From: Octopus vulgaris
Taxonomy: Eukaryota
Length of the DNA: 64,000 bases
Reading direction: 5' to 3'
Assembly: GCA_951406725.2 (NCBI GenBank)
Contig: OX597821.1
Span: forward strand, 108,500,001-108,564,000
The notes under the pieces are model-generated. The model was not told where the DNA came from, did not search any database, and saw only the letters and a program-made list of their open reading frames with translations. The position numbers and the translations under genes are program-made. This document shows, piece by piece, positions 27,815 to 40,781 of this stretch. The first letter of the stretch is position 1. The number at the start of each line of letters is the position of its first letter.

Positions 27815-28150
27815 TGGTAAGAAGTTCTCTTCAGAATCATATGCGCCTTGAGAATGGATTTGCCGGAAACTAGAAGAATTCCACCGTCTATTTGTCTATC
27901 TCTCTATTTGTTTGTCTCTCTATGTGTATGTATATAATTATGTGACTGTGTGTGTTACTGTTTGTCCACCCGCACACCGCTTGACAGCAGGTGCTGGTTG
28001 CTTTTGGTCCTTGTAACTTCGCAGTTCAGACAAAGCATCGATAGGAAAACTGTCAGGCTTTAACAAAGTACTGAGGTCGATTCCTTCGACTTAAATCTCT
28101 CCAAGGTGGTGCTCCAGCATGGCGGCAGTCTAATGACTGAGAAAGTAAAT
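27815..28150 (+). mobile_element. SINE family A copy (degenerate)
   Basis: GTGGTAAGAAG head remnant, CCGCTTGACA..GGTGCTGG, and tail GGTGGTGCTCCAGCATGGCGGCAGTCTAATGACTGA. Confidence 0.65.
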
Positions 28151-28189
28151 GATATAATGTATATAGGTATATAACCATATATATATATG

Positions 28190-28392
28190 CTCTTTTACTT
28201 TTTTCAGCCATTTAACTGCTGCCATGCTGGAGCATGACCTTTAGTCGAGCAAATCGACCCCTGGACTTATTCTATGTAAGCCTAGTACTTATACTATCGG
28301 TTTACTTTTGTCGAACCGCTAAGTTACTGGCACATAAAAACATCAACATAGGTTGACAAGCGAAGGCGGGCGGGGGGACAAACAAAGCCACA

Positions 28393-28457
<65 letters not shown>

Positions 28458-28613
28458 GATGGGCTTCTTTTAGTTTCCGTCTACCAAATCCATTCACAAG
28501 GCTTTGGTCGGCCCGAAGCCATAGCGGAAGACAGTTACCCAAGGTGTCACACAGTGGGACTGAAACCGGATCCATGTGGTTGGGAAGCAAGTTTATTATC
28601 ACACAGCCACACT
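28190..28613 (-). mobile_element. SINE family A copy
   Basis: Matches 4700-5120 along its length, with an internal (TA)n. Confidence 0.8.
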
Positions 28614-28659
28614 TGCAACTATATTAAATTTTGTGGATTTGGGTAAAAAAAAAATACAG

Positions 28660-28831
28660 AAGGGCCAGTTAATTGTGATTTTATTCCACATATTCCCCTA
28701 TCAGATTCACACACTTATTGCAGTGGTTTCTTAGTTTTTCTAAGCCATGTAAAGGAACACGGAATATTCGTTCTCCAACCAGGCCTTTCGTGATAACCTT
28801 AAAGCCAGGAACTTTCCAGCACCCTTTCATA
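28660..28831 (-). mobile_element. Mariner-derived non-autonomous fragment
   Basis: The minus strand encodes GLEKLRNHCNKCVNLIGEYVE, like the mariner C-terminus G..KL..RW.KC....G.YVE. It has a TIR-like end AACTTTCCAGCACCCTTTCATA. Confidence 0.6.
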
Positions 28832-28899
28832 TGCACACACACATGCACACACACACGCACACACACACAAACATAAACATATATATGTATGTATATGTG

Positions 28900-29315
<416 letters not shown>

Positions 29316-29599
29316 GACAGAGGTAGAGAAGTATTCAGGTAAATAGAGAAATAATAGATAGGTAGATATAGAGAGGGTGAGACGGAGGGAGAGAGAGATT
29401 TGGAGGAGTAGAGAGACTGGTGGGTGATAGGTACATCTGTGGTGTGTAATATGCATATATTGAATGCACATGTTTATGTACTGTTGGCAGCAAGTATTAT
29501 TTGCATTTTGTTTTTGAAATAACTTTTCAGTAATAAAATACCATAACAGCTGTTTTGTTAACGAAAAAATATACACCACACTCCAGCTTCCATCTCATT

Positions 29600-29645
<46 letters not shown>

Positions 29646-29864
29646 CATGCACACATGCACACAGGCGTACAGACACACATAGGAGCAGAGAGATGCACAC
29701 GCATTCGAACATAAACATATATATATATATGTATATTATATGTATGCATACATATACGCACCCACACACACACATATATATACCTATATATATGTGCTTG
29801 TATGTCTGTATGCATATACATATGCATTTGTTTATATATATATATTGTATATAAATATGTATAC

Positions 29865-29904
<40 letters not shown>

Positions 29905-30011
29905 GGAGGGAGAGAGAGAGATACATACATGCATACATATATATATATGCATATAAATATATAAATATATATATGGGATATATATATATATATATATATA
30001 TACAGATAGAT

Positions 30012-30094
<83 letters not shown>

Positions 30095-30269
30095 ACGAGG
30101 GGGAGATAAAAAGAGAGAGAGTGAGAGAGTGAAAGAGAGAGAGAGAGAGTAAGTGAGGTGCCTGTATGCGGGAGTATTTGTGTGCTTGTGTATGTTTTAA
30201 ATATTAACATCTCTTGGAAAGAGCGATATCAAGCAAGCTATAAGAGATCTTGAACAGCAACAACTGCAG

Positions 30270-30840
<571 letters not shown>

Positions 30841-31351
30841 CTTCCAACAACGACTAAACCGATACCAAAGACAGCAATATTCTGATAAATATATATAGTG
30901 ACTGCCGAGTAAATAATATCCGCAATATAAAATATATACACGTGTGTGTGTGTGTGTGTGTGTAATATACTATGCTTATGTGTTTGTGTGTGCGTGTGAA
31001 AACTGATGCTGTCAATATACAAAGCAGATGTTTGCTTTCTTAAAATATTTTGGAGTTATTTTGCTCGAGAATTATAAAAAAAAAGATATTACCCACTTTT
31101 ACTGTAAAAAAAATATATATACATTAGGTAGATTGAAAGATCGCCAGTACACAAATTCGATTTTATCAGTCAAAATTGTCACTCTCGGTTGCATAATCGT
31201 CAACTTAAATCTCGTCACCACAAGATGGAGCGTTTTATGCATATTTTTTTTAATGAACAAACATTGAAAGTAGTGATTAGTTTTAGAGGAATTGTCAAAG
31301 AATTGGATTGGCAAAAAAAAAAAAAAAGAAACAGAAATAAAATTGACCATA

Positions 31352-31712
31352 GGCGCAGGAGTGGCTGTGTGGTAAGTAGCTTGCTAACCAACCACACGGT
31401 TGCGGGTTCAGTCCCACTGCGTGGCACCTTGGGCAAGTGTCTTCTGCTATAGCCCCGGGCCGACCAATGCCTTGTGAGTGGATTTGGTAGACGGAAACTG
31501 AAAGAAGCCTGTCGTGTATATGTATATATATGTATATATGTGTGTGCTTGTGTGTCTGTGTTTGTCTCCCTAGCATTGCTTGACAACCGATGCTGGTGTG
31601 TTTACGTCCCCGTCACTTAGCGGTTCGGCAAAAAGAGACCGATAGAATAAGTACTAAAGGTGGTGCTCCAGCATGGCCGCAGTCAAATGACTGAAACAAG
31701 TAAAAGAGTAAA
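31352..31712 (+). mobile_element. SINE family A, young copy with an internal deletion before the tail
   Basis: Head GGCGCAGGAGTGGCTGTGTGGTAAG. GAATAAGTACT joins AAAGGTGGTGCTCCAGCATGGCC directly. Confidence 0.88.
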
Positions 31713-32460
31713 AAAAAGAGAGAGTATCCCGAAACACAACAATATCTGTTTCAACACGTGATTTTTCATCAGGATTCTTGCTACACAAATTGATAAGTAT
31801 AAAAGAATGTAAACATGAATGAGTTTTGTATCGGAATTTACAAGTTTTGTAAAAGAAACAACGGCCCCGTTTTGCTTTATTGCAATTATTCATGCATTTT
31901 GTGCATTTGATATGAAACTAAATGTATTTAGTATGTACATATGCGACATGTCAAAGACAAGAGTAAATAACGTCAGTTTTACGTTTTATTCATTATTCCC
32001 TTTTGTTAACTCTTTTGGAATGTTCCTAAAAACATGCAGCTCAACTCTGATAATCAAAGACAACTTGGTGTCAATCAATATTATATTCACGTGTGTAAAT
32101 GACATTGATCGACTCTGATGTGAATATCTATTCAATGACAGAAATTCACTCTATGCTCGGTGACAACATTGAAGTTGATGACGAGGAAGTTAAAGTTTAA
32201 GATGACGAAATCGAGATTGACGATTTAGCGGAATCGCGACTGTCCAAAATGGATCAGTCTGTCGACGACGAATATGAAGTTTATAATGTCGAATTCATGT
32301 AAGAAATACTGTAATACTAGTAATTTCTCTAAATAAATCAGGAGGTCGAAACAGATATTCCCCCCTCTTTCAGTACCCCTCTTTAGAATTAAGACATGTT
32401 TGGTAATAACTTTAACAAATAGTCCCATTGTTTTTGATCGTACCCTATCAATTCTTTGCG

Positions 32461-32762
32461 GGAGGAGCATGGCCTAATGGTTAGAGCAGCGGACTCGCGG
32501 TCGAGGGATCACGGGTTCGAATCTCAGACCGGGCGATGTGTGTGTTTACGAGCGAAACACCTAAGCTCCATGCGGCTCCGGCAGAAAGTAATGGCAAACT
32601 TCTGCTGACTCTTTCGCAACAACTTTCTCCCACTCTTTCCTCCCGCATCTTGCAGCTCACCTGCGACGGACCGGCGTCCCGTCCAGGTGGGGAACCTATA
32701 CGCCAAGGAAACCGGGAAACCGGCTCTTATGAACCAGCCGTGGCTCGGGAAGGAACAAACAA
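32461..32762 (+). mobile_element. tRNA-derived SINE family C variant
   Basis: Head GGAGGAGCATGGCCTAATGGTTAGAGCAGCGGACTCGCGGTCGAGGGATCACGGGTTCGAATC has clear A and B boxes. The tail GAAACCGGGAAACCGG is shared with 59250-59498. Confidence 0.85.
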
Positions 32763-32847
32763 TCAAGTCTTTGACAGTGTAGACATGATGCATATAGCAA
32801 CAATAATAATAGAAGCTGCAGCAGCAGCAGCAGCAGCAGCAATAGTA

Positions 32848-32893
<46 letters not shown>

Positions 32894-33239
32894 AAGCTGC
32901 AGCAGCAGTAGCGGTATTGAGAGTAAAACAAGTGCAGAATAGAACGTTTCAATTGAAGCGGAAATAATTTAACAAATAAAGTAAAATGAAAAAAAAAAAA
33001 ATAACACGCAAATAACAAACGCAAAACAAACAAAGGCAATAACAAACATAATACAATACGGATGTACAGAATATTTTTTTTTTTTTTTACTTTTTATCTT
33101 CCCAGTTTGTACGGATGCTTGTTTTGTGTGTTTGTGTGTGGGGGTAAAAAAATACCTTTTGCATATCTCTGACATCGGTAAAGATAGTTTGGTGTAGATG
33201 AACATCAGTAGACGGTACTGGAAAGGAATGACAAGGAGG

Positions 33240-33935
33240 GGGTGTAGTAGCTTGTATAGGTGGTGATAGTGGTGGCAGTGGTGGTGGTGTTGATGGCGGT
33301 GGTGGTGGTGGTGGTGGTGATGGTGATGGTCGTGGATGTAGTAGTAGTGGTGGTGGTTGTAATGGTGGGGATAACGATGGAGGTGGTGGTGGTGGTGGTA
33401 GTCGTCGTCGATGCGGTAGTAGTAGTGGCAGTGGTGTTGGTGGTGGTGGTGGTGGTGGTGGTGATGATAGTTGTAGTGGATATGGTTGTAGTGCTGGTGG
33501 TTGAGGTGGTGGTGGTGGTGTTTGTGATGGTGGTGGTGGTAGTGGATGTGCTAGAAGTGGGGGTGGTTGTTGTGGTGGTGGTTGTGGTGATGATGGTCAT
33601 GTTTGTGGTTACGGTGGATATGATGGTACTGGTAGTGGTTGTCATGGTGGTGGAGATAGTGGTGATGGTGGTGGTGTTGGCAATTGTTCTTGGTGGTTGT
33701 GATGATGGTGGTGGTGGATGTGGTGGTAATAGTGGTAGAGCTGTTGTCATTTCTGTTGTTGGCGGTGGTGATGATGATTATGGTTGTGGTGGTGATGGCG
33801 ATGGTGGATATGCTAATGGTGGTGAAGGCGGTGGGGATTTTGTCTGCGATGATGGAACGAGGAATGGTTGTTACCGTGGTAGTGGTGGTGGTGGTGATGG
33901 TGGCGGTTGTAGTTGCAGTAGAAGTAGTAGAAGTT

Positions 33936-33972
<37 letters not shown>

Positions 33973-34296
33973 CGGCAGTAGTGGCGGTGTTGTTGTTATT
34001 GTTCTTGTAGCTGCTGACGGTGATTATGATGATGATGATCATCATCATGTTGATGATGATGATGACAACGACGACGACGACGGCGATGACGAGATGATGA
34101 TGATGATGATGGTAATGACGACGGCGACGACGATGATGATGGTGATGACGATGATGACGAGAATGATGATGACGACGATGATGAAGATGGCGGCGACGAC
34201 GATGATGATGGTGATGACGATGATGACGAGAATAAAGATGACGACGATGATGATGATGGCAGCGACGACGATGATAATGGTGATGACGACGACGAC

Positions 34297-34333
<37 letters not shown>

Positions 34334-34440
34334 GCGGCGTCGACGACGACAACGACGATAACGAGAATGATGATGACGACGATGATGATGACGACAATTA
34401 TGATGATGATGACGATGATGATGATGATGATGATGATGAC

Positions 34441-34474
<34 letters not shown>

Positions 34475-34476
34475 AC

Positions 34477-34507
<31 letters not shown>

Positions 34508-34509
34508 AC

Positions 34510-34552
<43 letters not shown>

Positions 34553-36146
34553 GCAACGACGACGACGACGACGATGAGAATGATGATGACGATGATGATG
34601 GTGATGACGATGACGACGACGATGATGATGATGATGCTGATGATGATGATGATGATGATGATGAGCACAAATAATAATTTTCCGTGATCGAAATGGAGAG
34701 TGTTGGAAGGCGTCATTATCGATCTCTGATCTTGGTGGAATTGATCAGCTTGGATGATTTTGTTGTTTCGTTTCCCTTTTTTTATTGGTCTTCGATCTCT
34801 TTCTCATGGTTTTATTATCGATGCTAATGATGGCGTCGTTGGTATTGTTATTTGCGTTGAGGTCAACGTGGTCAAGTTGTGGTGATGGCGGTGGGTGTGG
34901 TGTTGGTGGTGAGGGTTGTGGTGGAAGTGGTTGTGATAGTGGTGGTAGTGGTGGTGATGGTAGTGGTGGCGGTCATCGTCGTCGTCGTCGTCGGTGTCGC
35001 GACGATGACGGTGAAGGTAGCAGTGGTGGTGGTGGCTGTGGTTGTGATGGCGGTGGTGGAGCTTTTGTTGTTGGCGGTGATGGTGGTGGTGGTGGTGTTG
35101 ATGTTGGTGATGGTGGTTATGGTTGTGATGGTGGTGGTGGCAGTGATGGTTGCTTTTGTTTTGGTGACTATGGTTGGGATGATGGTGGTGGTGGTAGTGG
35201 TGGTGCAGCTGTTATTGCTGTTGTTGGTGGCGGTGGTGGTGCTGTTGATGTTGGTAGTGGTAACGATGGTGGTGGTGGTGGTGTTTGTTGTCGTCGTAGC
35301 GATGGTGGTGGTGTTGACGATGACGGTGGTTGTAGTTATGGTTGTGGTGGTGATGGTTGTGGAGGCTTTACTCGTGGAGCTACTGACGGTCATTGTAAAT
35401 GGTGATGTTAGTGGTGGAGAAGTTAATGATGATGGGGACGGTGGTGGTGATGGTGGTGGTGGTGGTGGTGGTGGTGGCAGTGCTGCTGCTGCTGTTGAGC
35501 GAACGGTCTTCGTCCCAGAGCTCGCAAGATGGGAGGAAGTCCGAAAAGTGGTCCTTTGCTATTCGTAAGACCCGCAGAAGTGAAAACAGGTCAAACCCCA
35601 ACACCGAGAGCATCGACGGATGGATGAATGCGCATCCAGGCTCAGCGGTTGCGTAGGAAGTCGGGGGACAAGTAACAGGAAGAAAGAGTGAGAGAAAGTT
35701 GGGGCGAAAGAGTACAACAGGAGTCGCCACCCCACCAGGTGGTGTTAGGAATGGTAGTTCGGTGATTGCTTTTGTTCTTGTTGTTGTTGTTGTTGTTGTG
35801 ATGATGGTAGTGATAGTGGTGGTCGTGGCGTCAGTGGTTGTATTAGATACGACGCCCGCCTTGGTGTTGATGTTGTTGATTGTTGTTGCTGGTGGTGGTG
35901 GTGGTGGTGGTGGTGGTAGTATTGGTCGTGTTAGTGATGGTGACGGCAGTGGTGGTGGTAGTGGTGGTAGTCATTGGTATTGTGGTAGTAGTGGCTGTGT
36001 TAGTGGTGGTGGTGGTTGTAGTGAGGATATATTAGTGGCTGTGGTTGTAGCGGTGGTAGTGGTGGTAGGGATAGTATTTGTAGTGGTGATGATGTTAGTG
36101 GTGGTGGTGGTGATGGTACGTGTGTTGGTGTTGGTAGTGCTGGTCG
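33240..36146 (+). repeat. About 2.9-kb degenerate (GGT/GAT/GTA)n array, resumed at 49062-49295
   Basis: Directly visible. It is interrupted by a SINE fragment at about 35497-35737 and by the 12.9-kb element. Confidence 0.93.
35497..35737 (-). mobile_element. SINE family C-related fragment with a different 3' part
   Basis: The minus strand GGTGGCGACTCCTGTTGTACTCTTTCGCCCCAACTTTCTCTCACTCTTTCTTCCTG matches 24093-24150. Confidence 0.65.
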
Positions 36147-36476
36147 GGATCTTTTCAGTTTGAAGGCCAGATTTTCTTAGTTAACTAAACAATTTGAAAC
36201 TTCGTATACTGGTAGAATGTGTCAAAAGAAAACATAATTGTAACCCAAAATGAAAACGGAATTGTAATTTCTAAGTTTAACGTTGTTTAATAATTCGAAT
36301 TTTAACCAATGATATTCTTTCTTTCGACCTCATATTATTTACTGCTTCTCAAAATATTGTTACTGTGACGTAAACAGCTATTTTGTGACGTAGTTAACGT
36401 AAACATGTAAACAGACCTACAGATTCGTTTGTAACGTAAACATCCGCTCATCGTAAATAGCTAAATTCGCTTGGCA

Positions 36477-37001
36477 TCGTACACAGCTTTTTCAGTTCCC
36501 TAGAATTATATTTCAAAGAAAATAAAAAGAAAAAGATTCATACGCATAAATATCCATCCTTAGACATCAGAAAATTAGTGTTTAAATTATTTTCCATTGT
36601 TTGCATTGCTTACACACACACACACACATACATACATACACACATACTAAAATTACATCGTTGGAGCAGTAATTTATTTATGTATTTTTTGTTATACAAT
36701 TTATTTTAAAGCTGAATCCCTATCCTGCCATTAACCCCTTTCTTATAAAATAGTTGAAGAATCTGGGGTGTAGGTATTGGGCCAGTATTGGAACTTTTAA
36801 CTTCTTGCTCTCTATCTTATGATCTCCGAAATTTAAGAATCTTGTGTTAACTGGGCTCTTATTATTTACTCTGACTCTGCCACCACCTCAATGCAAAGAC
36901 TATCAATATCAGAATCATCTTCACAACCACCACTACAACCATTACTACAACCTCGAATGCCACCACCACAACCATCTTCTGCAACCACAACCCCAAGATC
37001 A
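36477..37001. repeat. Left arm of a near-identical internal inverted repeat (partner 47900-48782)
   Basis: ORFs 36891(+) and 47775(-) share MQRLSISESSSQPPLQPLLQP. AAAAGATTCATACGCATAAATATCCATCCTTAGACATCAGA is reverse-complemented at about 48689-48730. Confidence 0.92.
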
Positions 37002-37330
37002 ATACCAGCATCATATTCAAAATCACCAATTTCACCACCACTACACTCTGCAATGTCTTCAACTCTACCATTCATGAGACATCCTAACATAATCAATGCT
37101 ACTACTACTATCATCATCATTATCATCATCATCCACTGCCGCCACCGCCACCACCACCTCTACAAAAACACCAACACTATAATTTCTGCCATCATACACA
37201 TCCACTGTCACCACTACACCACCACTGCCATGATAACCACATCTACCACCTCCAACACCATTGCCACCACTATCTATGAGACATCCTAAGTTAGAAACTA
37301 CTTTCACTTTCTAGTTGCTCTTTGAGTTTA

Positions 37331-37732
37331 TCTTTATATATAAAAGAGAGGTTGTGTGTCTGTCTCCTACGATTTAGATTCCTAACTACTCCCACATTTT
37401 GCGGTGCAGTTTAACCAAAACCGGGTATCTTATAGTCGTGATTCATATCGAGCCCTTCTGGGTATTAGCGCGCGTCTACGATGAGTCTACGATTTAAAAA
37501 AAAATTTACCATCATTTTTTTCCATTTTAATGCATTTTTTCGATATTATATAAGGGAAGTAACTCTCTAAAAATGTCTACGATGAGTCAACGATTTTAAA
37601 AAAAAATTTACCATCATTTTTTTTCCATTTTTAATGCATTTTTTTTTGCTATTTTTTTGGCTATAACTCTCTAAAAATGCTTATATAGTTATTTCCCTTA
37701 CAAACCCGAGCAACGCCGGGCGATACTGCTAG
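37331..37732 (+). mobile_element. Non-autonomous Helitron-like element
   Basis: It has an A|TC 5' end, a subterminal hairpin CCCG-AGCAACGC-CGGG and a CTAG|T 3' end, with an internal tandem duplication starting GTCTACGATGAGTC. Confidence 0.8.
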
Positions 37733-38324
37733 TTATATCTAATCTATCTCTCTAAAAGATGCAAAGCAAGTAGCATTAAATGGTGAATGGATGTGAGCAG
37801 AAAGAGAGTAAGTTCCATTCCAGTTTACAACAATTATAGAATTATTCTCAAACCATAAATGAAGGGTGGAGAGGAGTGAAGGAGGAGTCATATTTTCTCT
37901 GAGGGGTTACAGAAGTAATAAGCACTGAAAAGTGGAGTTTGCGTTATTATTTTTGTTTCATAGTTTACAATTATTTCTACAAATTCATTTTGACTTATCT
38001 TCAATCATGTTTATAAACGTGACCGCTGTGCCGTCCACTATAAACATTGATTAATGTCCTATATTTAAGCGATAGACAAACACTTCAGCATATTATTTTT
38101 TGTAGAGAGTTGCGAGGGATCATTTCTATGAACGGGGTATCTGTACAACGGATATGACTACATCATTAATTGTGGAGTCGTTTAAAAACACAATGCAAGA
38201 TTAAGTCAACATGGAATTTTTGAAACAATCATAAATTGTTCTATATTTTAGAGATGAGGAATTCTGTATAATATTTACATTTTTTACATTGGACGGATAT
38301 TTGTCCTCATCTTGTTTGTTGCTA

Positions 38325-38369
38325 CCACAAAATTTCGGCTGATTTACTCTCCAGCCTTCATCAGGTGTC
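38325..38369 (-). ncRNA. Degenerate minimal hammerhead motif
   Basis: The minus strand reads ACAC-CUGAUGA-A-GGCUG...CAGCC-GAAA-UU-UU-GUGG: stem I CAC/GUG, 5-bp stem II, collapsed stem III. Confidence 0.6.
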
Positions 38370-38839
38370 CTGGTAGAATTTTGAATCCAACCCTAGGTTC
38401 TAAGGTGCCACGCAGTGTGAATGAACCTGAAACTATGTGGCTGGTATGGCCGGTCAGGGAGTCACCTTTGCTTTCGCGCCTTTTACGTTCTTAGAAGTGG
38501 GAGACGTCTATATTGCTAAGAGTATAAAAAGTGTGAAACCAATGATAACGTCCTGACTGGTCGTAAACCACAACTACATTAGATATTACTACGATATATC
38601 TAAAAAAAACATTTACTTGTCTCAGTCATTCGACATATTCTATCGGTTAATTTCGTCGAACTTCTAAGTTGCGGGGATGGAAAGGAAGTCAACAAGCGGT
38701 TGTCTGGGACAAGCACGAAGCTAGCCCCCTCCGGCCCACAAACACGTATATACGACGGGCTTTTTTCAGTTTCCATCGTCCAAATCTATTTGACCTAGTG
38801 ACCAGGCAGCAAACTTCTTGTCACACAGTCACTCCTACG

Positions 38840-38922
<83 letters not shown>

Positions 38923-39552
38923 GTCCCCGTAGCTTAGCGTTTTGGAAAAAGAAACCGATAGAATAAGTGCTAGGGTTCCAAAGAGTAAGTCCTGGGGTCG
39001 ATTTCTATAACTAAAAAACTTTCAAACTCTGCTTGTTGTTCTTTCACCTGTCTTCGTCGTTTGTTTGTTTTCTGTAAATTTGAACTACACACACGCGCGC
39101 GCGCGCGCACACACACACACTCACACACACACACACACACGCACACACATATATATATAGGTAAAAGATTAATGAGTGCGTGCGTTACATAAATAATATC
39201 TTCAGGATTAAATAAAAAGACAACAAACGGAAAATATGACATATCTATATATATATAATTAAAAATAAACGTATTGTAAATAAACAAACGAACACATACT
39301 AAATGCACAGGCGAACAGGAAACACACAAGGTCACAAATTCTTCATCAGTTATCAGCAAGAGGAGTCAAACGCAATTTCGGGCATTATCGATACTATTGT
39401 TTCTTTCGCTGTTCGCAAAAAAGTTCGTATTCCATATTTTCGTATTTCGTATTTCCTGTTGTTTACCTTCTGTGACGTCCTGAACCCATATATGCATATG
39501 TATATACATATATATGTAAGTATATACATACATACATACATACATACATACA

Positions 39553-39639
<87 letters not shown>

Positions 39640-39865
39640 CATTATCTATAAACATTACAATTGTTTCGACACATTTTTACACTTGTTCATTGGTGAGATG
39701 TTGTGTAATCATTATCACCAATTCAAGGTGTGAAATGCACCTTCTTTGAGTAAGACTTTATACGAGCTTTATATAGCATACCACAAGGGTTTTACCCGTA
39801 TATTTACTCGCGTATGTGTGTATATGTATAAAAGCGGAGCAAGAGTACACACGAAGACAGAAAGT

Positions 39866-39908
39866 GTCGCTGAAGAGTTCACAGAGGTGTGACGAAAGAT
39901 TTCCGGAC
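39866..39908 (+). ncRNA. Candidate minimal hammerhead motif
   Basis: GUCG-CUGAAGA-GUUCAC-AGAG-GUGUGAC-GAAA-GAUU-UC-CGGAC; stems I and II each need one bulge. Confidence 0.5.
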
Positions 39909-40153
39909 GATAAACATAAATTAGAATAAGAACAGTAATAAATGAGTGAAAAGGGAATTATATAGTGCGCCTGTTTATTTGGCAAAAAGAGGGAAAAAAT
40001 AACTATCTCGAAATACAACAATATCTGTTTCAACGCACGGTTTCACATCAAGAATCTTGCAGCACACATATATAAAAGGATATATTTACAGAAAACAACA
40101 AAAGACGAAGACAGGTGCAGGAATAACAAGCAGGTGCATTAGTTTATGTAGAG

Positions 40154-40254
40154 AATACCAAACGAGTTCCCTATGGATACCGTATTTATTACAACGAGTG
40201 GCTTGTAAACGAGTTGTAATAAATACGGTATCCATAGGGAATGAGTTTGGTATT
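40154..40254. repeat. About 100-bp hairpin with arms of about 42 bp
   Basis: AATACCAAAC...TTCCCTATGGATACCGTATTTATTACAAC pairs with GTTGTAATAAATACGGTATCCATAGGGAA...GTTTGGTATT. Confidence 0.9.
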
Positions 40255-40350
40255 TTATTTATTACACACGAATAAACGACCATATTTTATTAACCCAATA
40301 ACTAAATTCTTCACGTTTAGTTGTAACTTATGAATGACAAAAGTAGTGCC

Positions 40351-40454
40351 GTCACCGTGACGTCGGGTCATCACCATGGATTGACCAATCAGAAGCAGCG
40401 CTGTCACCGTGACCTCGGGTCATCACCATGGATTGACCAATCAGAAGCAGCGCT
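40351..40454 (+). repeat. Two tandem copies of a unit of about 52 bp with a CCAAT box and a TGACGTC-like motif
   Basis: GTCACCGTGAC(G/C)TCGGGTCATCACCATGGATTGACCAATCAGAAGCAGCGCT occurs twice. Confidence 0.85.
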
Positions 40455-40607
40455 CGCAGTATCTGACATATGTTAGATAACAAAAATATCTCAAAGTGTT
40501 CTCACTCACATGTGTTCGATATTTAAGTGTCGAAATTATCAAGTCACATGAAAGAAATACCTTACAAAGTAAAAAATTTTTAATTTTTGTTAATTTTTAA
40601 TTTTTAA

Positions 40608-40654
<47 letters not shown>

Positions 40655-40695
40655 GTGAAGGAAGAAACGAAGATTTAACAAAATTCCTTTTTATT

Positions 40696-40781
40696 ATTTT
40701 CTACATATGTTTCAAAGGCTGCAAAGTCCCTAATTCGGATTGAATAAGGAGTCCATTTTGCAGCCTTCTCTTCAGGAAAAT
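40696..40781 (-). ncRNA. Minimal type-I hammerhead ribozyme motif (second copy of the 18762 family)
   Basis: The minus strand reads AUUUUC-CUGAAGA-GAAGGCUGCAAA...UUUGCAGCCUUU-GAAAC-AUAU-GUA-GAAAAU. It has a 6-bp stem I, a 12-bp stem II and palindromic stem III. Confidence 0.85.

Noticed and set aside
31729-31777. Minus-strand CUGAUGA...GAAAC hammerhead-like spacing
   Set aside because: Stems I and II do not pair, and the homologous copy at about 40030-40057 reads UUGAUGU, so the core is not conserved.
32130-32290. Acidic reading frame resembling a piggyBac N-terminus
   Set aside because: It contains a stop, and I found no catalytic motifs or paired TTAA-flanked TIRs.
32461-32535. tRNA-like sequences here and at 23960, 55394 and 59250
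   Set aside because: They are SINE heads continuing into shared SINE bodies, with no proper acceptor stem, so they are not called tRNA genes.
33260-34687. 475-aa ORF
   Set aside because: It is entirely GGT/GAT repeat sequence (poly-V/G/M), not a credible gene.
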